Part shown: positions 25,419 to 36,198 of the stretch, in pieces
Position numbering within the stretch: the stretch's first letter is position 1
Layout: each line of letters opens with the position of its first letter
NCBI GenBank assembly: GCA_905178155.1
Contig: CAJINV010000009.1
Location: forward strand, 1,361,907-1,425,906
Source of the DNA: Amoebophrya sp. A120
Lineage: Eukaryota > Protista > Dinoflagellata
Length of the DNA stretch: 64,000 nucleotides
Direction of reading: 5' to 3'
Position numbers and translations under genes: made by a program
Notes under the pieces: generated by a model
Told to the model about the DNA's origin: nothing
Database searches by the model: none
The model's input: the letters and a program-made list of their open reading frames with translations, nothing else

Positions 25419-26109
25419 AAGGAAGACCTCCAAGAACATAAGTATTCACAGCTAAAAAAGTGATGTTTCTCATGATTTTCTCTAAGCATCTTCACAGCAC
25501 TCACCACACTTTCTCTACACATTACAGTTTCGCACAGCAAATATCTCTCCGCATAGTACAACACGTTTATTCACATCAGGTACCCGATCCTTTTGGTAGC
25601 CTCATGAAAGACAGATGCGCCCTTTTCGAATTTGTTTTTACACGCAAACAAGAACTACGCGAAAGCGTTTGCCTACCCATCATTTTCTCCTTGAGACCCA
25701 GAATATTCACCATACTTCTCCAGTGGAGACGGTCCTCATGCACGTGTACATAAGAGCCTCTGAAAGCATTCCACGCCTAACAAGGATGTTGCCACTAGCT
25801 GTATTTCTGATGTTTCAAGAATTCAAAAACCGCAAAGCCAAAAAACCCGCAAATCCAAAAAAATAAAACGACAAAAAGAACGTGGCCGTTGGGTTGTTGC
25901 CCCATTATGCAAAGATCAAGTTTCGTGTTCAAGACGACGCGACACGCGGTATGCTACATTCGAGATGAGAAGTAACGGAGCACAAGCAGCTAGAACCCTT
26001 ACAATAGCCCGAGGCAGACGGAGAGCGCGACGTCCGTATTTTTCGAAAACCTGGAGTGATTTATGGGGTCAATTCCTAAATCCTTGAGCGGTCAAAGCCA
26101 ATTGATTTG

Positions 26110-26860
26110 TTGAATATTTCATGAAGGTTAGTGTCTTTCGCCTCATGATGACCTACTCTGAAAGGATGGCGCGACCACCCCCGGGGGCAAGGTTAGCGGG
26201 AACGAAAGTGCTTCGCTGTGCCCCTCTTAGATGTGCCCCGAAATGTCATGAGGCCGCCGCCGTTTCTTCCTGTCCATGATGGAGGTTCTGACGGCAATGC
26301 GTCCGATCGGTATGCGGAGGACGAAGCGAAAGCTGCGGCGATGCTCGAGCGCAGGCAAGCGGTCTCCTACGGTTTGGACTGGCTTCGCCCGCAGCCGGCG
26401 CAGTTGAGCGACCTCTTCCAGATGCGCGAGCTGTTAGTCGGACCGACGACCGCGGCCGATGCATGGGTCAACGTCGAGAACCGGGTCGACGCAATCGAGA
26501 CAAAGGCAGCGACTGCGCCGGCACTGCTAGCCCCGCGCATTGGCCCAACCGCCGCCCCGCCCAAAATAAATCGGGCCGCCGCGGCCCCAGCACAGTCGGG
26601 CGCCTGGGTGCCGCTGAGGGCCCTGCGCCAGGCAGGCCGCCCCCCGGCAGCCCCACGCGTGGGCCTCCCCTGCGTGAGGCAGCGCGCAGGCTTCTGCTGT
26701 TCGGCCAGCGGCCGGGCCGTGTCACACATTTGGCGGCCGGCGGGGCTGCCAGCGCGCGGCGTGTTAGTATAAGAAAGCTCTGCGCGCCTTTCGCGCCCCG
26801 CCGCGCGCAAAGGGGGCGGCCTAGGTCATCTGTGCAAGCACTCACATCCAAGCACCATTA
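26110..26860 (+). pseudogene. GC-rich island containing a decayed family A paralog (closest to 28856)
   Basis: 26278-26328 (DGGSDGNASDRYAEDEA), followed by AAAMLERRQ, aligns with 29327-29377 (DEGFDDNLFDWYVEDDA), followed by AAAILERQQ. Confidence 0.7.
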
Positions 26861-27260
26861 CACAGGAGGCTGCGTTTTCGTCTTCGTATCTTTTTCATGT
26901 TCCACGATCTTGAGAGAATTTTCAAGGCGATAATCATTTTCGTTCCAAGTGTCTCCGTCCCTGAAAGTCGTGCTTGATCGTTCAACTCCAATAGGTAGAC
27001 ATAAGTCGTCAAAAACGTGTTTTGCTCGTAGGTATCGCGTCCTCTCTCGTGCCAATGTCATCTCTGTTCGTCCAAGGAATCCACGCGTCTAGTTGGTCGT
27101 GCTGTTCAGTTTTTTGTTTGCGTCTTCGTGCAGTGCCTCGTGCCTCTCGTCGTGTTACCTTAGCCAATGTTTTCAAACTTTGACTCCAGGATACCAAGAA
27201 AAAGCTCAGTTTGGTCATTCCGAACCCAAAAAAATCTACTCAGAACCAGACACAATTTTT
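26680..27260 (+). repeat. Upstream module (GC tail plus TCGT island), copy 1, ahead of gene 27378
   Basis: Collinear with 30790-31330, e.g. ttttcgtcttcgtatctttttcatgtt, tgaaagtcgtgcttgatcgttcaactccaatag, ttggtcattccgaacccaaaaaaa. Confidence 0.85.
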
Positions 27261-27377
27261 ACTTTTTACAAATCACACTCAGGCTTCAAGAAATTTTATC
27301 CAACTACTACTCTTAATTTCTCAAGCAGTTGTTGAAGAATCAATTTTGCCCTGCAACCACAAGCCACTAGATACAAG

Positions 27378-27896
27378 ATGTGTCTGCAAAGCAAGGTTGT
27401 CGAGATCATCGATCTTGAGGCGCACTCCCGAGGCGTTCCCATGCAGAAGTGTCCCTATGGGACTATTGCCGTGCCAGCGCATGTGGTGCAGTTTTCGATG
27501 GCCGATGAAAGCCCGGAACGCAAAGACGGCGTGGAAATGTTGGCAACGCAGGCACAAAAGCTCGCCCGGATGTTGACACCGGAGCAGGAATATGGGCGCG
27601 ACGTCGCGACCATCGTGTTTTTCTCGGCGCTTCTCCTCGTCTGGCTAGTGGTCTGCGGAGTTGCCATGGCGATGGAGTTGGTGTTGTGGAATTTTCAGCT
27701 GCAGGCGGGTGATGACGACCTCATGACCTGGTACGAAGATGCCGCTGGCGACACCCTGTCCCGTTGCGACTCGAATGTCAGTGCTCTCGATTGCTGGTAC
27801 ACCGACGAGCTGGAGTCAACGGCGAGTGACGTCTCGGGAAGCACGACTACCACGACGTGGACGCACGTCAGCCACGGGCGATGGCTCAAGCAGTAA
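27378..27896 (+). CDS. Family A single-TM protein (172 aa), intronless
   Basis: Central TM IVFFSALLLVWLVVCGVAMAMELVLW, two WY motifs and C-terminal TWTHVSHGRW. Paralogs at 24894, 28856, 48904 and 50485. Confidence 0.75.
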   Translation: MCLQSKVVEIIDLEAHSRGVPMQKCPYGTIAVPAHVVQFSMADESPERKDGVEMLATQAQKLARMLTPEQEYGRDVATIVFFSALLLVWLVVCGVAMAMELVLWNFQLQAGDDDLMTWYEDAAGDTLSRCDSNVSALDCWYTDELESTASDVSGSTTTTTWTHVSHGRWLKQ

Positions 27897-28394
27897 AAGG
27901 AAGACCTCCAAGAACATACTCACAGCTAAAAAAGTGATGTTTCTCTCATGATTTTCTCTAAACATCTTCACAGCACTCACCACGACACTTTCTCTCCACA
28001 TTACAGTTTCGCACTGCAAATATCTGTTCGCAAAGTACAACACGTTTATTCATATCAGATACCCAACCCTTCTAGTAGCCTCATGAAAGACAGATGCGCC
28101 CTTTTCAAATTTTGTTTTATACGCAAACAAGAACTACGCGAAAGCGTTTGCCTACCATCATTTTCTCGTAGAGACCCAGAATAAATATTCACCAGATTAC
28201 TTCTCCAGTGGAGCCAGTCCTGATGCATGTGTACATAAGAGGCTCGGAAAGCATTCTACGCCTAACAAGGATGTTGATTCTAAACCGAAAACTTGCAAAC
28301 ACAAAAAAAATACTAAATCAAACTCCCCGGCGTTGCGTCTGTCTGCTCCTATATAGGCTTAGCCTAGTCATCGAGGGCAAGCCGGATTTTTTTT

Positions 28395-28620
28395 TGTCTC
28401 GTCGGAACTGGTTGCTTTTGTTGAGTCTACAAGCGTCCCAAAGTGGTCAGAAACAATTCGTCCTTACACACAAACTTGCTGAAATAATGATCATGATAAC
28501 AATTATTTTCGTCCGTGCGAGTCCGTCGTGCTCCCCTTCGTTCGTACCAGTGCGTCTTGTTTGAAAATCGTTCCTGTCAGGTTTTTGTCATCGTCCAGCT
28601 CGTTTCCGTTTCGTCACCTG
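28395..28620 (+). promoter_or_regulatory. TCGT-rich upstream island of gene 28856
   Basis: TCGT cluster followed by an A/C-rich leader. Confidence 0.45.
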
Positions 28621-28855
28621 AAATTTATTTTTTTTCTCGCGGAGCCGCTTTTGAAAAGCTGCTTTTACTTAGACACAAATGCACTTCTTCCACTATGCAG
28701 TGAAAACGCGAGTCTCACTGAGAACCTCCACTAAGTACAACTACTTATCAAACGCATCAAAACGAGATTGACCGTTTGTGTCCCCTACAGCTTCATCGAA
28801 AACTATATCCACTTCTTCAGTAGCGTCTGTAAAACTGACCTGCAGGAGCATCAAC

Positions 28856-29467
28856 ATGACTGTTTGTTCGAAGTGTGTTTTTCTGCCCATGTTGGAGGGG
28901 GAAAAAACCGTCGTATCGGAAACGCCCTACGGCAAGGGGATGCTTCCGCCGGCGGTCCAAGACACCCTGTTGGAGACGGACAGCGAGCCCGAAGCGGAGG
29001 AGGCTACCTTTCCCTCCGAGGAGAATCCGTCCCGCGTTTCCGCCGCTGCGCGCTACGCCGATGCCGCCGAATTCGCAGCCTGGCGGGCCCGTCGGTGCAC
29101 GCTGAAATCTACCACGGAAGCCGTGTCGCTGACCGGTATGCAAGTAGCAGGACTGCTGTGCTCTTTCGTCCTCTTCATGGGCGTTTTCGTGTTTTTTGAC
29201 GTGCTCAGCGCGTTTTTACCCTTTCTCTTCGACGGCGGACAGGATGGCGAGAATGAGTGGTACACAGCTGACACACCACGCGAGTCGTTCGGCGGTGCGA
29301 CAGTTTTTTCCGTTTTTGACGACGAAGATGAAGGTTTTGATGACAATTTGTTCGATTGGTACGTGGAGGACGACGCACACCTGGCTGCAGCGATCCTCGA
29401 GCGCCAGCAATCTGCTTCGACCTGGATCCACGTGGGGCACGGCCGATGGGTCAAGGCAGAGAAGTAG
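28856..29467 (+). CDS. Family A single-TM protein (203 aa), intronless
   Basis: ATG in caacATG context, TM LLCSFVLFMGVFVFF, EWY and DWY motifs, C-terminal TWIHVGHGRW. Confidence 0.72.
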   Translation: MTVCSKCVFLPMLEGEKTVVSETPYGKGMLPPAVQDTLLETDSEPEAEEATFPSEENPSRVSAAARYADAAEFAAWRARRCTLKSTTEAVSLTGMQVAGLLCSFVLFMGVFVFFDVLSAFLPFLFDGGQDGENEWYTADTPRESFGGATVFSVFDDEDEGFDDNLFDWYVEDDAHLAAAILERQQSASTWIHVGHGRWVKAEK

Positions 29468-30264
29468 TGCCAGCGTCTCGACGCGCGTCCGGGTACGGAA
29501 GGAATGAAAGTGCTCAGCTTCAGTTTCCAGAAAGAATTTTCCAGGTGGTACTTGGACTAAATCTGAGACGCCTGACGTTCCGCATTCTTGTCGTATTTGC
29601 TTCGCACAGAAATCTTGACTTCTCGCACTTTGTACAATATTACGCCGTCCGTGCCTACCCTGATTCCCAGTACTCACAGTTTTTTTGCACGAATAATTCT
29701 CCAGTTGTCATTTCATTTTCTCTCGACATTTAAAATGTTACCCGGGGTAAGTTTGCACAACTAGTAGGATAAATCAAAAATACACTTGGCTATTCCGACG
29801 GAGTACAATAAAACACAATCATATTTTATTCTCCTGCATGGAAAACAAAAACAAAAAAGGAAAGCGGAGTTGCAGCGCACGCTCACATGCCCGGTATTCT
29901 GTGGGTCAGTGTCGTCGTTCTCAATTTTCAGTCTCATGTCATGACGCGTTTCGGTGTTATCATTGGCGTTGCGTTTTTCTTGCACCCGTTCATGGATTTC
30001 TCCGCACAGATACATGAAGCAAAAAACTCGTACAAGTTGTTAACACACAGTTGTAGTGCAAGTTGAGAGAGGCCAAACGACTGGCAGAGAGCCGAGAGAG
30101 AAACTTGCGCGAACGAGGATGCGTGGACTGCCATCATTCTTTCACTTTCAATTTTACTTGCAATTTCATTCTTCACCTTCTAGCGTTCAAATTGCGTGTC
30201 TACTGACTCTACCAGCTTGACTGCCACTACGAAAAGTAAAACAAACCCCGATATCTATATCAAG

Positions 30265-30900
30265 ATGTTCGAGTGCACCAGGAAGGTCTACTCGGATCAG
30301 CCAATATCTGCCGCCTCTGCGAAGGTGCCTGGGACACCGGAAGTAAGCAAATGACAGCACCATGGGGCCGAGAAGGCGTATTTCCGGAGCGGCCAGGGTA
30401 CGGCCATTGGAAGCCGCTGAAAGCGGGAAAAATTTTGCCGGTACGGATAGGCGAGCAGACATTCTGTTTCGCTGTCGATAACACATAGTGACTTCGGTAG
30501 AAATAGAAAGTCCTCCTACGGAGCCGCGTCGATTTTGAAAGACAACGCGGGCACCGCGACGCTCAGCGCCGCGCAGCGTGCTAAGCAGAGCGCTTCCTTT
30601 GCGGCGAAGTTTTTCGACGGCGGCGGTGCCCGCGGGGGCGCTGCCTGCCCCCGGCATTCACTGCGGCCCCGCCCCGCTTGCTAGCGGGCCGCTGTGGCCC
30701 GGGGGGGATTGGGGCCCTTGATGGCCGCGGAAGGCCTCGCGCCCGCCGCCCCCCCCCCCCGGCCGCCCCCCACGCGGGCCGCCCCTCCGCACCAGGCCGC
30801 GCAGACTCTTCTGCTTTTCGGCCAGCACGCAGCGTGTTAAGAGCATTCCGCGCGCCGTTCGCGCCCTGCCGCAGGCAAACGGGGCTGCCGGGCTCATTTG
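30265..30900 (+). pseudogene. Probable decayed gene grading into an extreme GC island (30540-30900, with a long C run near 30750)
   Basis: caagATG context like neighbouring genes, then early TGAs. GC content rises sharply toward the following TCGT island. The parent family was not recognised. Confidence 0.35.
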
Positions 30901-31330
30901 TGCAAACATGCCTACTTCCCAGTTGCCACTACACAGTGGGTTGCATTTTCGTCTTCGTATCTTTTTCATGTTCTACGATACGATAGAGGTCTGCGTGACG
31001 GTAATGCTATTCGCAAGGGTCTCTGTCCTTGAAAGTCGTGCTTGATCGTTCAACTCCAATAGCCAGACATAAGTCGTCAAAAACATGTTTTGCTCGTAGG
31101 TATTGCGTCCTCTCTCGTTCAAATGTCATCTCTGTTCGTCCAGGGAATCCACGCGTCTAATTGGTCGTGCGTTCAGTTTTTCGTTTGCGTCTTCGTGCAG
31201 TGCTTCGTGCTTCTCGTGTTACCTTAACCAATGCGTTCAAACTTCGACTCCAGTATACCAACAAAAAGCTCAGTTTGCTTTGGTCATTCCGAACCCAAAA
31301 AAACCTACTATTACTCAGAACTAAACACAA
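30790..31330 (+). repeat. Upstream module copy 2, ahead of the unrelated gene 31433
   Basis: Collinear with 26680-27260. Confidence 0.85.
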
Positions 31331-31432
31331 TTGCTTTTACAGAACACATTAAATTTTCACTTGTTCGCAATAACCATTCGAGATTCAAGTTTCTTGTCAA
31401 CTTGTTTCAGCATATACCAAAACAGTTTCAGG

Positions 31433-32341
31433 ATGATGCCGTCACTGCTGGTCAATAAATGTGACGGGTTTATTTCCGCTTCCATGTTCGACGAGGAAGA
31501 TATGTTTGAGGAATGGGGGTTGATGTACGAAGATGAGTACGGATCCGCGGACGAGTTCGCGCTTGACGACAAAGACACTTTCGACAGCCGTGCTGAGTGT
31601 GAAATTCTTGCCATGGAGTCCCCAAGTGATACGGTGGAAGAGATGGGTATTTTTTCTGCTCTTTGGTGATGTAGATGTACTAATGCTGTATGACTTGTTC
31701 TTAATAGCTTTTCGCTCCAGCTGCGAGGAGGTATTGAAGGTGCAGCGTGTTGGGCTTTCTACTGCCTTGGTTCAAGCAACTCTTCGTAAAATTGATCGCA
31801 GGTGACAACTCCGTTTTCTGTCCGGAGGTCGATTGGGAAGAGCTGACACGTTTTACGGCAGTGAAAGAACAGCTTGGGGGAACGAGCGATGTCAGTACCA
31901 CGAATAGCGATGCTGAGAGCGAAACCGACGATGAAGTGGAGGGCTACGCGTATTGTTTGATTGTTTCGACGGTTGTTTTCGATGGTGTTTGATTGTTCCG
32001 ACTTTTGCTAGTATGGAATTTCATGACAACGTCTGAGCGCTCCCTACCTTTTGAACCAAAGATGTATGAACATAACACACTACAGATATGTTCAAAAGAA
32101 CCTCTCTTACGCCGGCGACAACCAGCCGTCGAGTGACACCCTACAGTATGCCTACCTCACTTCCGACGCGTATCCGATCGTGGAGGATACTTCGGGCCAC
32201 AGCTACGACAACTGCCAGTTCCACACGCTTTCACGCGACCACTTCTTGTCTTGCATCAGAAAATTTTTTGCCAACATTTTCATCCTTTTCTACATGCTTC
32301 AGTTCTTTCTTTTCCTTTTTCACAAGCCGTTGTTCTCATAA
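31433..32341 (+). CDS. Family B tail-anchored protein; exons 31433-31646, 31802-31949, 32086-32341
   Basis: GT-AG introns 31647-31801 (phase 1, EEMG|DNSVFCPE) and 31950-32085 (phase 2). C-terminal TM FFANIFILFYMLQFFLFLF. Confidence 0.68.
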
Positions 32342-32879
32342 TTGTGATCTCTGAAAGTTCGACTACAGTACGTAGCTGAGTGGATAGGTGATACCTGCTC
32401 AGCTGACATTGAGTTGTAACAGAAATAGTAGCTCAAGCTCAGTTGCACAGTGGGAAATTTTGCTTTTCCATTTTTTTGCCATTGTTTTTTAGTACTTTTT
32501 GACTCATTGACTTTCCATGTTTCGTGCATTCGGACAACATTTTTTTCTATTGTTTTTGCTGCACCTGCAGTTGTAGAAAACAAATCTGGAACTTTTCCTA
32601 CACATGCACAGCAGGGCATTCTGACTCATTGCCCTTCTTCTTCTGTTCAATACGCACTTTGCCCGTGACGCGCAGAAAAACGGGAGAGCAGTGAGATAAG
32701 CACGATAGCCATTAGTTGGGGCCGAGGCGTTGTCGAAAGAGATCTCCATCTTACAATGATGAAGCAGGAGTGAGCGCGCAATCGTGAAGTGTGAGCGTTT
32801 TGCCTACAGATGGAAGGAGAGTTGACTAGCAGTTGAGCAGCAGCTAGATTCTATCTCATTGATTTCATGCTCGGCACGG

Positions 32880-33800
32880 TTGAATATTTCATGAAGAAAA
32901 GAAAGCACTTTGCTTCGCCTCATCTGAAAGGGTTGCGCGACCAGCCCGCGGACCCATTTTAGCGAGAAAATGCTAGCGTGCCTACCTCTCTGCCTCCGGG
33001 AACGCTCCTCGTGAACGGGGCGCGGTTCTTCATCGAGCGCAGCGGTTGACCCGTCTCCAGTGAAGGGCGGAATGGCAGCAGAGCCACCTTGCGGCACGCA
33101 GTTGCAGTGTGTGAGGAAGGCCGGGAGTTTCTTCGTGACAAGAAGAAGACCATGAAAACCAAAGCTGCGGCGATGATGTGCGGCAGCGGTGCGGCGGCTT
33201 TTCGGCGCGTTTGGGTGTGGCCTTTGCCTGGGCTGCCCATAAAAGGGCGCGCGGAGAGCAACAGGCGCCAACGAGCGCCCCGCCCTTCCTGAACTCGAAA
33301 AAAAAGCAGAGCTGCGGCATCATGCAGAAAAGATTGCCGAAGATGCAACGTTTGCGGCACTGCTTGCAGACTATGGGCGGACTTTCGCGGACCGTGCAGC
33401 TCGCGAACACGCTGGGCGCGACTAATTCGCTGCAGCGCGCGGGCCCAGCGCCGGCCCCGCTTTCGCTTTCAATGTTGCGGCCCCTCCCGCGCGCCATCAC
33501 CCGGCGGCGAGCGGTGCGGGGTGGCGCCGTGTCCCCGCGCGCCGACGGGCGCGCTTTTTGCTGGGGCCGTGCCGCGACCGCGCTGCCCCGGCCAGCCCGC
33601 GGACAAGGCCCCCGCGCTCCCAGGCGCGGCGGCATTCTGCCACACCGGCCGCCTCTGCCGCGCGCTCCTCTGTCGTGCCGCAGCCCGTCAGCCAGGGCCC
33701 TGTTCGGGCCATCCGTCTTTCCGCCAATAGCGCGCCGCATCACGACGACAAATCTCTGCGCGCCTGCTGCGCCCCACTCACTGCAGGCACCCGGGGCGGC
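32880..33800 (+). pseudogene. GC-rich island, probable decayed gene related to the 26110 island
   Basis: Shares ttgaatatttcatgaag...ttcgcctcat...ctgaaagg..gcgcgacca and aaagctgcggcgatg with 26110-26345. Confidence 0.45.
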
Positions 33801-33869
33801 TGACTTTGTTTGTGCAGACAATATTTCCCACGAAACGAGACCCAAAAAGCGAGGGACACGCTGCGCGTC

Positions 33870-34290
33870 CGTCTTCGTGTGTGTTCGATCTATTCTCATT
33901 CTTGGTCCTGACGCAAATGAAGTCAGAGTTGTTGACTATCGTTCGACGCGACGATGTCTCGTCTGGCGGTCTTCCTTCATCGTTCAAATTGTTCTCTTCC
34001 TGCTTCGTCCAAATAATTGCGTTACTATTTGTCCAAGAAATTTATGCATGTGTTTGGTGGTGCTCGCTCTCGCTTCCAATGTGTGGTTTGCGTCTTCGTC
34101 CTGTGCTTTTCGTGCAATCATAAAAAATGCGATATTCGTACACGTTTTCTTGTATGTAGTCGTGCACGGTATTGGCGTCGTCGTTTTTCGTTTAGAAGTC
34201 GTGCGCTGTACTATGTATTGTGTTTTAGTGTGTCTGTATCTGTGCCACCTCGCTTCTCGGACATTGGCAGCGATGGCATCGTCAATGGTA
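33870..34290 (+). promoter_or_regulatory. TCGT-rich upstream island of formin 34423
   Basis: About 14 TCGT on the + strand in ~420 bp by hand count, with very few ACGA. Confidence 0.5.
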
Positions 34291-34422
34291 GTGGATTTCT
34301 AAACCAATAACGCAGGAATCAATACTCGTTGCCAAACTTAATACTTTAAACTCCTGTTTTCAATATTTACTGGTTTTAAATTCAACTCTTAAACTCCTGG
34401 CTTCAAATCAAAAAAAATCACA

Positions 34423-36198
34423 ATGGGTAGAGTCATGTGCGTTTGCAATTGCAAAGAGGAGCAGGAGGCTCAGGAATACAAGAATCGGGTGTTTGAGATT
34501 CTCGTGATGGAAAAGGCGGAGGAAGTGAAGAAGTTGAGCGGGGTCGTTGCGGAGAAGGACCAGAAGATTCTCGCGTTGCAGAAAATCGTAAAACTCCAGC
34601 AGCAGGAAATCGATGAGGCGAAGAAAAAACTAGTCGCGGAACAACAATTCGAAGAGAAAACCCAAGAGCGGAAGGCAGAGACGATGGCTCAACAGAAGGC
34701 GCCGACGAAAATCGTGGAAATCGTGGCGGAAAAGGAGGCTCCCTTGTCGGATGCGGAGACGGAAGCAAGTGTTACCGACACCATTGTGATCCCAACCCCA
34801 GCAACTCCAGGAAAGGGCAAGGGGCCGACCGTTGGAAAAGGCAAAGGCAAGGGTCCGACCGTTGGAAAAGGCAAAGGCAAGGGCCCTACACCATCCACCA
34901 CGAAGGGCAAAGGCAAGGGGGCAAAAGGAACCGCTAAGACGACCGCCGGGGAGCAGGAGGGTGGAGCTGAGCGGAAAAAGGGACAATACTTCAGGCAGCC
35001 CAAGATTATTGTGGACACCCCTGTGAAGAGTCTGAAATGGGAGGCGCGGCGTGTTCCGGAGGACAGCGCAACCGACAACATCTGGTTATCCCTGCGCAAC
35101 GACCACCCGGAAGCATCCTTTGTGCTTGCAATTCAGAGTAGCTTTGCCGCTCGAGCGCCTGCGGTCAAGCCCGTCACGAACAAGTGCGTATCGAAAAAGA
35201 AGGGACCCGAAATTTTGTCGGCCGCACAGCTGCAGGAAGTCGGCTGCATGCTCGCGAAACTGCCCGAGCCCGCGCAACTCAGCACCTGCTTTCGAGATTT
35301 CTCGGGCCTGACGGGGGAACAGCTGGGCCGGCTCGTGAACGCCTTTCCACAAGCCGACATCATGAAAAAAGTCAACGAGGCGCTTGAGACCCACGGCATG
35401 GCGGCCCTGCGCAAGGAGGAGCAATGGGTGGCAGAGGCATTCGCGGCCGTGAAGGATCTTCATTTGAAGGGAAAAGTTTGGTTCGCAGTGGAGGAGTTTT
35501 CGCACGAGATGGACTGGGTGGCGATGAAGGTCCGGGTTTTGGTGGACGGCTGCGATTTCCTGCGGAACGACGAAACCGTCCGCGCCGTGCTGGGAAGTGT
35601 GGTCAGCGTCGGAAATGTGCTTAACGCGGGAGATGCAGCGGGGGAGCGAGCGGACGGCTTTGGCCTTGGGCTGTTGCAGAGCGGACTGTTGACGTCCGTG
35701 AAGGCAACGGAGGGGGGCACGAATGGGGTGCGCCACGTGCTGGATTTCGCGGTAAGCAGCGTCGGGCCCGGACGTGTGGCGGAGGTGGCAGAGAAGAGTC
35801 AGCAATTGCTGCGGGCGGCGGCTAAGCTGGAACTCAAGGATGTGGAGCTGGAGTTAGATAAGCTGGGCACCAAAAACAGAAACATTGCGAAGCAAGGAAA
35901 GGAGCTGGCCGCCATGGCGCAGGACATCGCGCTGCAGAGAAAGTGCGAAGAGTTGGAGACAAAAAATCTAGAGGTTGAGAAGTTGCGGGAGTCTTTTAAT
36001 GAAGCAAAGAAGGCGTTCTCGGCACTACGGGAATACTACGCAGATGACAGATACCATGATGTTGCGGATTTCTTCGGTGTTTTCCAGAAATTTTTCCACG
36101 AGCAAGCTGGTCCTAGCGCAAAGTATCTTGCCACGGCGAGGAAAAATGCAGCTTCCACCAAGAGATCTGTCCAAAGCCGCGCAGCAAAAGTACAGTAG
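34423..36198 (+). CDS. Formin (FH2 domain) with Cys-rich leader, coiled coil and (GKGKGKGPTV)n linker; intronless
   Basis: 591-aa ORF with KSLKW...NIW lasso, VVSVGNVLNAG...ADGFGL, LTSVK and DFFGVFQKFF. Confidence 0.87.
   Translation: MGRVMCVCNCKEEQEAQEYKNRVFEILVMEKAEEVKKLSGVVAEKDQKILALQKIVKLQQQEIDEAKKKLVAEQQFEEKTQERKAETMAQQKAPTKIVEIVAEKEAPLSDAETEASVTDTIVIPTPATPGKGKGPTVGKGKGKGPTVGKGKGKGPTPSTTKGKGKGAKGTAKTTAGEQEGGAERKKGQYFRQPKIIVDTPVKSLKWEARRVPEDSATDNIWLSLRNDHPEASFVLAIQSSFAARAPAVKPVTNKCVSKKKGPEILSAAQLQEVGCMLAKLPEPAQLSTCFRDFSGLTGEQLGRLVNAFPQADIMKKVNEALETHGMAALRKEEQWVAEAFAAVKDLHLKGKVWFAVEEFSHEMDWVAMKVRVLVDGCDFLRNDETVRAVLGSVVSVGNVLNAGDAAGERADGFGLGLLQSGLLTSVKATEGGTNGVRHVLDFAVSSVGPGRVAEVAEKSQQLLRAAAKLELKDVELELDKLGTKNRNIAKQGKELAAMAQDIALQRKCEELETKNLEVEKLRESFNEAKKAFSALREYYADDRYHDVADFFGVFQKFFHEQAGPSAKYLATARKNAASTKRSVQSRAAKVQ

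Noticed and set aside
33030-34302. Long ORFs 33178-34302 (+) and 33030-33899 (-), and similar Arg/Ala/Pro-rich ORFs at 26.2-26.9, 40.5-41.1, 45.8-46.5 and 53.7-54.6 kb
   Set aside because: Stop-poor by-products of GC islands and TCGT tracts; several frames are open at once and no domain is evident.
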